Shown here piece by piece: positions 1 to 7,834 of a DNA stretch of 37,473 nt. This DNA comes from Candidatus Pacearchaeota archaeon (lineage in GTDB: Archaea; Nanobdellota; Nanobdellia; Pacearchaeales; GW2011-AR1). Every line of letters begins with the position of its first letter. The stretch's first letter is position 1. The notes beneath the pieces are model-generated. The model was given only the letters and a program-made list of their open reading frames with translations, was not told the DNA's origin and made no database searches. The DNA is taken from NCBI GenBank assembly GCA_018303785.1, contig JAGVXM010000014.1, positions 1-37,473 of the forward strand, given 5' to 3'. Made by a program: the position numbers and the translations under genes.

Positions 1-558
1 TAAACCATAAAACTGTTTGAATTGGTCGCTAATATCTCTATAACTTAATCCTTTGTAAAAACAATCCATCGCTAAGCAAACAAATTTAGAATTTCCTTTG
101 ATGTTCTTTATCGGTTCTAAGACAAATCGTTTCTTGCACGACTTACAACAATAAAGCTGTTTCATTCCTAATTTTGTTTTGCGTTGTCCTCGCCTAAAAA
201 TTTCTTCGTGAGAACAATAAGGGCAAACGTCTTTCTGCGGTTGCTCGATAATTAACTCGATTTCTTTTTCTACTTGTGGCTCTACTTCATATTTTGCTTT
301 AACTTTTTCAAAAAGTAAAATTGCCTTGATGTGTTTGCAGTAAAGATTTTTACCTACACACCTTCGCTTAAAGTCTTGGCACTCACAAGAATAACTATCA
401 ATATGAGTAACCCTGTATTTCTTAGTGCTATCAAATTGAGAAGGAACAAGATAAGTAAACTCGTCTATCTGCGAGGGGTTGCCATTCTGTAAGATGGCTT
501 TTGCTCGTTCGTTTCTCCATTCCGAGAAATTCTTGATATATTCTTGTGTGTTTTCCAT
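1..558 (-). CDS. SWIM zinc finger + Zn-ribbon + HTH transposase, probably IS6-like DDE (N-terminal 186 aa; continues off the window)
   Basis: Manual translation from ATG at 558: MENTQEYIKNFSEWRNERAKAIL...YSCECQDFKRRCVGKNLYCKHIKA (SWIM CxC...CxH)...VCPYCSHEEIFRRGQRKTKLGMKQLYCCKSCKKRF (InsA-like Zn ribbon)...AMDCFYKGLSYRDISDQFKQFYGL (HTH as in IS6-family N-termini). Open to position 1; the DDE domain is not visible. Confidence 0.8.
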   Translation of the reverse strand, partial: MENTQEYIKNFSEWRNERAKAILQNGNPSQIDEFTYLVPSQFDSTKKYRVTHIDSYSCECQDFKRRCVGKNLYCKHIKAILLFEKVKAKYEVEPQVEKEIELIIEQPQKDVCPYCSHEEIFRRGQRKTKLGMKQLYCCKSCKKRFVLEPIKNIKGNSKFVCLAMDCFYKGLSYRDISDQFKQFYGL

Positions 559-559
559 A

Positions 560-607
560 TTACCTATTTACTAATTATATTAAGCAATAGCTAATATATA
601 AACCTTT
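560..607 (-). promoter_or_regulatory. Transposase promoter (BRE/TATA) and candidate operator
   Basis: Minus strand reads GAAAGGTTTATATA (TATA at 595-602). The 16-mer TTACCTATTTACTAAT at 560-575 is repeated at 1054-1069. Confidence 0.55.
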
Positions 608-636
608 CTGTTTTTCAGCAGATATGTTTTTAAGGC

Positions 637-665
637 GTATTTACATAATAATACAAAGTAAATAC
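637..665. promoter_or_regulatory. Inverted-repeat operator GTATTTAC-N13-GTAAATAC upstream of the AbrB-like gene
   Basis: Perfect 8-bp inverted repeat (637-644 / 658-665) between a TTTTTAAG box (627-634) and ATG 669. Confidence 0.5.
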
Positions 666-668
666 ACA

Positions 669-845
669 ATGAAAAGAGAATTTGATAGAAAAATCTGGAA
701 AACAGGAAATTCCTATGTCGTAACAATTCCATCGGAAACGGTAGAGAGATATGACTTACAAGACAAATTTATAACAGTAGCAATTACCGACGAGGAAAAT
801 TCTTTAATTCTTAAAAGCAAAGGGAGTAAGAAAAATGCAAGATAA
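669..845 (+). CDS. AbrB/MazE/SpoVT-type DNA-binding protein
   Basis: MKREFDRKIWKTGNSYVVTIPSETVERYDL has the GNS-x-VVTIP swapped-hairpin signature. Start moved from 624 to 669 by alignment with the paralogue at 18643-18792. Confidence 0.85.
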   Translation: MKREFDRKIWKTGNSYVVTIPSETVERYDLQDKFITVAITDEENSLILKSKGSKKNAR

Positions 846-1041
846 ATTAAGAGCAATGATAAAGTGGTTTGAAAAAAGAGTTGATGAAGTTGAGAATGAT
901 TATAAGGAAAAACATAAAGACGATTTTGACTTTGCCAAAATGAAAAAATACGCTAACAGAAAATTAAAAAAAGAAAGACAGATATTAATTCAAATGAACA
1001 TATCCCCCGCAATCAATCTCGTAGGAAACCGAAAGGTATAA
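835..1041 (+). CDS. Small hypothetical protein
   Basis: 68-aa ORF overlapping the AbrB-like gene end; no motif recognised. Confidence 0.6.
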   Translation: MQDKLRAMIKWFEKRVDEVENDYKEKHKDDFDFAKMKKYANRKLKKERQILIQMNISPAINLVGNRKV

Positions 1042-1069
1042 ATACTAATCATGTTACCTATTGACTAAT

Positions 1070-1336
1070 ATGGTTAATCCAATTCCAAAATGGGTGTGGA
1101 GAAGATATGCTAAACTCTGGCAAAAGTTCAAGAATAAATCATTTACTTTTGAACAAGCCCAGAAAGAGTTAAAGCATTTAGATAGGAATCTAATCAGCGT
1201 TATGTTCAACGAACTAAAAAACGCTGGTTGGCTCAATGTTAATTTAAGCGAGGAAGATACACGAAAGAGGGTTTACACTTTGAACAATCCAGTAGAAATC
1301 GTGGAAAAGGTAAAAAATGATACTACAAAAAATTAA
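1070..1336 (+). CDS. Winged-helix (MarR-like) DNA-binding protein
   Basis: SVMFNELKNAGWLNVNLSEEDTRKRVYTL matches a recognition helix plus DxRxR wing. ATG 1070 is preferred over TTG 1061, with TATAAATA at 1037-1044. Confidence 0.75.
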   Translation: MVNPIPKWVWRRYAKLWQKFKNKSFTFEQAQKELKHLDRNLISVMFNELKNAGWLNVNLSEEDTRKRVYTLNNPVEIVEKVKNDTTKN

Positions 1337-2438
1337 AACAGAACATAGCGATGAGAAAACAGGTTTGGTTGTTAAGAGAATAACAACATCAGAATGGGAA
1401 CACCTTAACCACAAAATTTCGGCAAACAACTCCTTATTTAATTGTGAACAACAACGGCTCGCTTATTCGAAACCAATCTTAAACATTCCATTTCAGACAC
1501 ATCATATATACTACAATAAAGAAAGACACATTTGGGACTTTGACGGATTAGAAGAAAGCAAAGAACACGCTAAAAAACAAAAGAGATTTTATTTACCATT
1601 CCAACAACGAACAGAAAAGCAATGGTTAGCTCTTGACTTTTCCGAAGCAGAGGGCGACTTTCAAGATTTAGTTTATAGAGGTCTGCCTCTCGTTCCTTAT
1701 TCAATTCCACCCACAGCATCGTTAGATGAATGGAAAATAAGGAAAGCTATCGCAGAAAAAATATTACATCCAAGCCAAGTATTAGTAGTTATTTTCTATT
1801 CTAAACACGACACGAAAAAGTTTGAAGCCATATTTAATTACGAGTTTGAACACTCAAAATTAATCGGGATGCAATGTTACAATATTAACGATAACAATAC
1901 ATTTACAAATTTAATGAAAATAAAGCTACGCAACTCTATGTTACAAGTTGGAGATGAAGCACCATTACTTTTGGCTTTGAATTACGGAAAGATACAACGC
2001 AGTTTCTCAAATGTTTCAGGCAGTTTCGCTTATGGATGTTTTGGATTTGATATTTTCTCTGAAAGGCAAATAAATATTAAAAATTTGCCATCTGAAATCA
2101 TAAAGCAAATCAAAAATAAAACTCCAGACGAGATTATGAGGTATGATAAAATAATTGGCGGTTACAACTTATCAGCAGAACAGGAATTTTGGGATGGTAG
2201 AAATATAACGAGAGAATTTTTAGAAAGCGTTAAAGTATCTGAAGGACTTACGCCATTCCAAGCAATTCAATGGGCTAACCATCGTGGACAGCAAGAAGAT
2301 TTTGATATGCTTAATGATGCCATATTAGAAACAGCTTATCCAGAGAAAGAAGATACAGCTTTAAGGTGTATTAGTGACAAGGAAAGGTGGTCTGTTTTTT
2401 GGAAAACTAAAATGCCTCAAACGGCAGAGGCAGTTTAA
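1317..2438 (+). CDS. Hypothetical protein, possibly a degenerate tRNA-guanine-transglycosylase (TGT)-like TIM barrel
   Basis: 373-aa ORF coupled to its neighbours. It weakly resembles the TGT N-terminal beta hairpin, the strand-8 motif (GCFGFDIFS vs GIDMFD) and the C-terminal helix (ANH...MLNDAILE). The CDS is secure; the function is not. Confidence 0.45.
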   Translation: MILQKIKTEHSDEKTGLVVKRITTSEWEHLNHKISANNSLFNCEQQRLAYSKPILNIPFQTHHIYYNKERHIWDFDGLEESKEHAKKQKRFYLPFQQRTEKQWLALDFSEAEGDFQDLVYRGLPLVPYSIPPTASLDEWKIRKAIAEKILHPSQVLVVIFYSKHDTKKFEAIFNYEFEHSKLIGMQCYNINDNNTFTNLMKIKLRNSMLQVGDEAPLLLALNYGKIQRSFSNVSGSFAYGCFGFDIFSERQINIKNLPSEIIKQIKNKTPDEIMRYDKIIGGYNLSAEQEFWDGRNITREFLESVKVSEGLTPFQAIQWANHRGQQEDFDMLNDAILETAYPEKEDTALRCISDKERWSVFWKTKMPQTAEAV

Positions 2439-3425
2439 ATGGAACAAAAATCACTAAATAAAACCCTCAATAAAGCAAGTAAGTCAAAGAATGATGATTT
2501 TTATACTCAACTAACTGATATTGAAAAAGAGTTAAAACACTATAAACCATATTTCAAAAACAAAGTAGTTTTTTGTAACTGTGATGACCCTCGTGTAAGT
2601 AATTTCTTTCATTATTTTTCATACAATTTTGAGCAATTAGGATTGAAAAAATTAATTACTACATGCTACAAAAATCGGCAAATGAATTTGTTTAGTGAAA
2701 ACAAATCTGAAAAAGCTATTTACTTAGAATATACTGGTGACAAAAATAAAAACAATATTCCAGACCCAAAAGAAATAGGAATTAAACATTTAAAGGGAGA
2801 TGGAGATTTTCGTAGTAAAGAATGTATTGAACTGTTAAAACAATCCGATATTGTTGTTACCAATCCCCCCTTTTCATTGTTCAGAGAATATGTTGCACAA
2901 TTAATAAAATATGATAAAAAATTTATAATCCTCGCACAGCAAAATGCAATATCCTACAAAGAAATTTTTAAATTACTCAAAGAAAATAAAATCTGGTTGG
3001 GAGTGGATAATAATGGGACAAAATGGTTTCAAGTTCCTGACAATTACGAAATAACAACCGAATCCAGAAAGAAAATTGAGAATGGTAAAAAGTTTTTTAG
3101 TATGGGAAGTATTGTTTGGCTTACAAACTTAGATATTGAAAAAAGGCATGATGATTTAATTCTTTACAAAACATATAGCTCAAAAGATTACCCTAATTAT
3201 GATAATTATAATGCAATAAATGTTGATAAAGTAAGTGATATTCCTAAAGATTATAAGGGCGTAATGGGTGTTCCTGTAACTTTTTTAGACAAATATAATC
3301 CAGAACAATTTGAAATAATTGGACAAATGGTGACTACCAAAATTGATGAATTCAATCATGGATACCCTTATATCAAGGGTAAGAAGATTTACGCAAGAAT
3401 TTTGATTAAGAATAAGAAAATTTAA
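2439..3425 (+). CDS. Adenine-specific DNA methyltransferase, EcoRI family
   Basis: KNDDFYT, VVFCNCDDP, GDGDFRSKEC, VVTNPPFSLFREY (motif IV NPPF), GVMGVPVTFLDKYNPEQF. Confidence 0.92.
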   Translation: MEQKSLNKTLNKASKSKNDDFYTQLTDIEKELKHYKPYFKNKVVFCNCDDPRVSNFFHYFSYNFEQLGLKKLITTCYKNRQMNLFSENKSEKAIYLEYTGDKNKNNIPDPKEIGIKHLKGDGDFRSKECIELLKQSDIVVTNPPFSLFREYVAQLIKYDKKFIILAQQNAISYKEIFKLLKENKIWLGVDNNGTKWFQVPDNYEITTESRKKIENGKKFFSMGSIVWLTNLDIEKRHDDLILYKTYSSKDYPNYDNYNAINVDKVSDIPKDYKGVMGVPVTFLDKYNPEQFEIIGQMVTTKIDEFNHGYPYIKGKKIYARILIKNKKI

Positions 3426-3449
3426 ATAATTGGTTTTTAATATAATTCT

Positions 3450-4526
3450 GTGAAAATAGAACTCAAGAAGATTACAGTAAGCGAATTATCAAAAGGTTAT
3501 CAAGACAACGCAGAAGCGGGTGTAGTTGGGTTCGGTGGTAAGCTTGACATTCGTCCACCTTTTCAAAGAGAATTTGTTTATAAAGATAAACAACGTGACG
3601 CAGTTATCAATACTGTTACAAAAGATTTTCCTTTAAATGTAATGTATTGGTCGGTTCGTGATGATGGAACTTTTGAAATAATAGATGGACAGCAGAGAAC
3701 AATTTCACTCTGTCAATATGTTCTTGGTGACTTTTCAATTAATGGATTAGCGTTTCATAATTTACCCAAAGACAAAAGAGAACAGATATTAAAATATCCC
3801 CTAACGATTTATTTGTGTTCAGGAACTGACAGCGAAAAATTAGAATGGTTCAAAACAATTAACATCGCAGGAGAAGAACTTACAGACCAAGAATTACGAA
3901 ATGCTGTTTATTCTGGTTCATGGGTTTCTGATGCCAAACGCTATTTTTCTAAAAATAGCCGACCAAAAATAGGTGATGATTATTTAAGTGGTTCTGCAAT
4001 CCGACAAGAATATTTAGAAACAGCTATTGACTGGATTTCAAAGGGAAAAATAGAGGATTATATGTCAAAGCATCAGCATGAACCTAATGCAAATGAATTA
4101 TGGTTATATTTTCAAGCAGTTATAAATTGGGTAAAAGTTACCTTCCCCAACTATCGTAAAGAGATGAAAGCTGTTTCTTGGGGAGTTTTATATAATGAGT
4201 TTAAAGATAAAAAACTCGATTCAAAAAAGTTGGAAAAAGAGATAACTGAATTAATGAAAGATGATGATGTTACAAAAAAGTCTGGTATTTATCCTTATGT
4301 TTTGACAAGAAACGAGAGATACCTAAACATTCGTGCCTTTACAGATAATCAAAAGAGAGAGGCATACGAAAGACAAGAGGGTATTTGTCCAAAATGTAAA
4401 GAACATTTTAAGATAGAGGGAATGGAAGCAGACCATATAACTCCTTGGCATGAAGGCGGAAAAACTATGGCGGAAAATTGTCAGATGTTATGCAAACAAG
4501 ATAATAGACTTAAATCTGGGATATAA
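3450..4526 (+). CDS. DUF262 (GmrS/ParB-like) + HNH endonuclease
   Basis: RPPFQREFVY and IIDGQQRT (DUF262), FKTIN, C-terminal CPKC...EADHITPWHEGG...NCQMLC...N (HNH). GTG start. Confidence 0.9.
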   Translation: MKIELKKITVSELSKGYQDNAEAGVVGFGGKLDIRPPFQREFVYKDKQRDAVINTVTKDFPLNVMYWSVRDDGTFEIIDGQQRTISLCQYVLGDFSINGLAFHNLPKDKREQILKYPLTIYLCSGTDSEKLEWFKTINIAGEELTDQELRNAVYSGSWVSDAKRYFSKNSRPKIGDDYLSGSAIRQEYLETAIDWISKGKIEDYMSKHQHEPNANELWLYFQAVINWVKVTFPNYRKEMKAVSWGVLYNEFKDKKLDSKKLEKEITELMKDDDVTKKSGIYPYVLTRNERYLNIRAFTDNQKREAYERQEGICPKCKEHFKIEGMEADHITPWHEGGKTMAENCQMLCKQDNRLKSGI

Positions 4527-4535
4527 CTTGCAAAA

Positions 4536-4586
4536 AAGCCACGCCACTTGACAGCACTATTCAAGCCACGAATTCTTGACACTCTC
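4536..4586. repeat. Tandem imperfect repeat / candidate transposon terminal inverted repeat
   Basis: AAGCCACG-CCA-CTTGACAGCACT (4536-4558) and AAGCCACG-AATT-CTTGACACTCTC (4563-4586). The reverse complement starts GAGAGTGTCAAG, reminiscent of IS6-type GGCACTGT ends. Confidence 0.6.
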
Positions 4587-4754
4587 ATGAACTCGCTTGA
4601 TGACGATTTTGGCAACTTAAATTATTATTAAAGCTCGCATACTCACTTTTTTATGTTAAGCTTACGATTAATTATAACAAATTTTATAAATAATTCGTGA
4701 TGAAATAAAAGGACAAAGACAAACGCTTAAAAAACCCTCTTTCTTATTTATTTC

Positions 4755-5009
4755 ATGTCTATTGATACTCTATTGTTACAAGAATTTGTCCAGAATCTTC
4801 CTCCAGAAATGATTGGCAGAATTGGAACTTTAGTTACAATTTTTCAGGCTTTAGGTATTGTTTTTATTATTTATTTTATATTTTTAATTGTAAAAATAGT
4901 ATTAGATATACGTTCTAAAATATTCATTAAAAAGACGTATGGAATTGTTCAAAGCATTGAGGAGAAGTTGGATAAGCTTGCTATAAATAAAAGTAAGAAG
5001 AGGAAATAA
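4755..5009 (+). CDS. Small single-pass membrane protein
   Basis: Hydrophobic stretch LVTIFQALGIVFIIYFIFLIV followed by a basic tail. Confidence 0.75.
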   Translation: MSIDTLLLQEFVQNLPPEMIGRIGTLVTIFQALGIVFIIYFIFLIVKIVLDIRSKIFIKKTYGIVQSIEEKLDKLAINKSKKRK

Positions 5010-5010
5010 T

Positions 5011-5337
5011 TTATTTCTTTAAAATAATTTCAATAGCCGACACAAAAATTCTTTTGCCTTCCTTATTTTCGAATTGTTCACTTGAAATTCTTATGTCATC
5101 AATTTTTATGTTTTCATCTTTGAGAAAGGTTCTTCGTGCGACTTCAACTATATCTACTGCCTTTGAAATGAATTTTCCTCGCGCGGAAACAATAACTTCA
5201 TCCTGCCCTTTATTTTGGAATTGCATCACAACACTTGTTACATAGTTCATAAAAGGTTTTACACCTACGAAAATTATATTGTCTTTGTCGTTCACTGACG
5301 TTTCTTTATTGTTCTCTGTTTCCTTTTCTTCTGCCAT
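5011..5337 (-). CDS. albA: DNA/RNA-binding protein Alba
   Basis: IFVGVKPFMNYV, ARGKFISKAVDIVE, VSAIEI. Confidence 0.95.
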   Translation of the reverse strand: MAEEKETENNKETSVNDKDNIIFVGVKPFMNYVTSVVMQFQNKGQDEVIVSARGKFISKAVDIVEVARRTFLKDENIKIDDIRISSEQFENKEGKRIFVSAIEIILKK

Positions 5338-5346
5338 GATTGCTCT

Positions 5347-5538
5347 TTACTTTTTTTCTAGCTTTTGCCTTTTTACTTTTCGTGCAATAAATCCAGCAGT
5401 TTGGTTTCGTATCTTTTTACTTGGGATCAGTCCTTTGAGAATTTCTTTGTTATCATCAAACTTGTCAGTAAAGCTATTTTCCTCTAAGATCAACGTGTTT
5501 GCTGTTCTCTTGACCAGTTTAGATTTTATTCTTCCCAT
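5347..5538 (-). CDS. rps17e: 30S ribosomal protein S17e
   Basis: MGRIKSKLVKR...FTDKFDDNK...SKKIRNQTAGFI. Confidence 0.95.
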   Translation of the reverse strand: MGRIKSKLVKRTANTLILEENSFTDKFDDNKEILKGLIPSKKIRNQTAGFIARKVKRQKLEKK

Positions 5539-5648
5539 TTCTGATGTCCAATAGTAATATTTAGAATATGTCTTTTTAAATATTATTGTTTTAAATTTTT
5601 ATGGTGATCAGAATGCCTGCGTATTTTTAATGCACTGCAGTATTTTTG

Positions 5649-6620
5649 TTACAATTCAATCTTCTTTGCTTTAAGAATAGAGGAGTATTTCTTGAGATAT
5701 TCACTGGCTTTTTTGCTTATTGATCCTGTGTAGAGCAGGAATGCTGGTAGAGGAATTTTTTGAGCATTAGACAACAAGGCAATGAAATCAGATTCGCTTA
5801 TGGATTTTTTGTCTTTTGCAAGAGTGTAAAAGTGAATACTTCCTAATTGCGATTTTATTTCGGTTATGCATAACAGTTCTTTATTTTTGTATTCTTTTTC
5901 CTCAATAATTTTTAAACCAATTTTTTCAATGTATTCTGTTGCTTTAATTACAAATGACGATTTTGGCCTAACCTTTATCTCTTTTATTTTTTCTGGAATA
6001 ACTAAAGGATTTTCAAATGTTTTAATTGTTTCAAAATTATTTTCTTTCAGCTTTTTCGCAACTGGTTTTTTTCCTTGAATTACTTCTTTTATTTCTAGTT
6101 TAGGAGAATTTGCTATCTCAATGATTGGTTCTGATTTTTTTGGAGTTTCCGGTTCTTTTATTTCTTGTTTTACTTCTGGCTTGAACTTCCAGGATAAGAC
6201 CTTATTTCTGGCATCATCTTCGATTGTGTCGTGAAAACGCCAGTATAATTCGTTATCTACCATAAAACCAAAGGAAAAATCTTTTATTAATCGTAATGCC
6301 ACGCGAATCGCAGGCTCTTGTTCTCTATCTTTTATTATTTTTCTTTCTTTCAATAATAAAAATGCTTCTGCTTCTTTTGGATGCATGTAATTATAAAAAT
6401 CTTCAACCTTTGATTCTTGTCCTGCTAAAAAATATACTGGTGATCCTCCTACTTTGAGACTGCTGATTTTTATTTTTTTATCATCCACTAATTCAGATAA
6501 GAATGCGGAAATAAAGAGAGTACTTAAGTTCAATTCTTTTGCAAAGTGAATCGGTAAACAAGGTCCTCTTCTTTGGATTACTGCAAGAATTTTACTATGC
6601 GCCTCATTTATTTGCATCAT
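5649..6620 (-). CDS. Hypothetical protein (N-terminal winged helix, Lys/Glu/Pro-rich linker, C-terminal alpha/beta domain)
   Basis: ILAVIQRRGPCLPIHFAKELNLSTLFISAFLSELV...KVGGSPVY resembles a wHTH. Confidence 0.7.
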   Translation of the reverse strand: MMQINEAHSKILAVIQRRGPCLPIHFAKELNLSTLFISAFLSELVDDKKIKISSLKVGGSPVYFLAGQESKVEDFYNYMHPKEAEAFLLLKERKIIKDREQEPAIRVALRLIKDFSFGFMVDNELYWRFHDTIEDDARNKVLSWKFKPEVKQEIKEPETPKKSEPIIEIANSPKLEIKEVIQGKKPVAKKLKENNFETIKTFENPLVIPEKIKEIKVRPKSSFVIKATEYIEKIGLKIIEEKEYKNKELLCITEIKSQLGSIHFYTLAKDKKSISESDFIALLSNAQKIPLPAFLLYTGSISKKASEYLKKYSSILKAKKIEL

Positions 6621-6664
6621 AAAAAAATTTATGATTTCACGTTAATAAAATTATGTGTTCTTTA

Positions 6665-7210
6665 TTAAATCGAGAGTAAAATAAAAATTCCTAAGGTATT
6701 CATAATGAAACTTATTATGGCGAGAACATGAGTTTTTATTTTTGTCAGTCCTGCAAGCATGCTAACTCCTAATTCGTCGGGTAATGGAGAGGCGATAATG
6801 AAGCCTGCAAGCGCAAATAACATATAATTTTTGAATCGTGCGAGTGGTTTTTGTGAGAGGAGATAATTTATCTCTTTAATCGCCTTTGTTTTTTTAAGCC
6901 TATTAAATTCATCTATGAAAGATAATTTTATGATCTTAAAAATAAGTAAATCAGATAATAATGCGCCTAAACCACCGATAAATGCCGCGATAAAAATATT
7001 TTGTGGATCTAAAGTTAAAAAATAACCGACAGAAAATGGAGCTGTAAATCCAAATGAAAAAAATATTCCAGCGATGAACATGCCTAAGTAATTATCAGCT
7101 AATTGGATTTTATTTTTGACTAGAGGATTACTAAATATATAGAATGAAACAAAAAAACAGAGTAGTAGTATTGCTAGTTTTGGGTAGCGAAATTTGAATA
7201 GTAGTTTCAT
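6665..7210 (-). CDS. Integral membrane protein (DedA/VTT-like)
   Basis: Several TM segments, GGLGALLSDLLIF and ASPLPDELG. Start trimmed to ATG 7210 to avoid overlapping the upstream gene. Confidence 0.75.
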   Translation of the reverse strand: MKLLFKFRYPKLAILLLCFFVSFYIFSNPLVKNKIQLADNYLGMFIAGIFFSFGFTAPFSVGYFLTLDPQNIFIAAFIGGLGALLSDLLIFKIIKLSFIDEFNRLKKTKAIKEINYLLSQKPLARFKNYMLFALAGFIIASPLPDELGVSMLAGLTKIKTHVLAIISFIMNTLGIFILLSI

Positions 7211-7211
7211 A

Positions 7212-7469
7212 TTATGGTCTTGGGCAGCTGAGATCGTTAGTACAAATGCCATTATTCTCTACTGCAGGATCTTTATGGCAACAAATCAAACCGGATTGGC
7301 ATTCATTAGTTGTTGTGCATTGTTGACCTTCTTCATAGCTTATCTTTTTGTTGTCAATTACCACCAACCCTTGAGATTCTTTATCTTCTTTGGGTGTTAA
7401 AAAATAGAATAATAAGCCTATATTTATTAAAATTAAGATTATTAATACTATTATCCAGCTATTTTTCAT
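7212..7469 (-). CDS. Small membrane-anchored Cys-rich secreted protein
   Basis: N-terminal hydrophobic anchor; CxxxxECxxGLxCC...C...C; GGTGA SD-like motif upstream. Confidence 0.75.
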   Translation of the reverse strand: MKNSWIIVLIILILINIGLLFYFLTPKEDKESQGLVVIDNKKISYEEGQQCTTTNECQSGLICCHKDPAVENNGICTNDLSCPRP

Positions 7470-7539
7470 AGGTGATAAACTAATTTTGTATTAATAAATA
7501 TTTACAAAGATTTTTTAATCTATTGCTATTTATTTTTTT

Positions 7540-7797
7540 ATGCTTGAAAATAATTTTGAAGATAAATTCGGATTATTTAGAGATTTGGAATGGGAAAATC
7601 AAGAATCTGAGGGTAGAATTAATGTCAGCATTCCTGAATCGATTGAAGAGAGTTTAAGAAAGTATTCTAAAGAAATTGGAACAGAAAGTGTCGAGGAAAC
7701 TATTCATTTATTGTTAACTAATTATCTTCGTGCACGAGGTAATATGACTGAGGTGAGAATAATCGGTAGTGATCATAGCTATCCTCCATTTGATTAA
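7540..7797 (+). CDS. Ribbon-helix-helix (CopG-like) protein
   Basis: RINVSIPESIEESLRKYSKEIG-ESVEETIHLLL fits the beta-alpha-alpha pattern. Confidence 0.55.
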   Translation: MLENNFEDKFGLFRDLEWENQESEGRINVSIPESIEESLRKYSKEIGTESVEETIHLLLTNYLRARGNMTEVRIIGSDHSYPPFD

Positions 7798-7834
7798 GTT
7801 AAAACTTTTTAAACTAATCCCTCTATGAGTATAT

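Larger units (their letters stand above)
1..4586. mobile_element. Putative cargo-carrying IS6-like transposon (one end visible)
   Basis: Transposase plus divergent regulator/defence cargo. Terminal-repeat-like motif ...CTTGACACTCTC lies just after the last cargo gene, and housekeeping genes resume at 4755. Confidence 0.65.

Noticed and set aside
624-668. N-terminal extension of the AbrB-like ORF given in the track
   Set aside because: It covers the promoter and operator; the paralogue aligns from Met 669.
835-1041. Toxin of an AbrB/MazE toxin-antitoxin pair
   Set aside because: No PIN, MazF, RelE or Fic motifs are visible; left as hypothetical.
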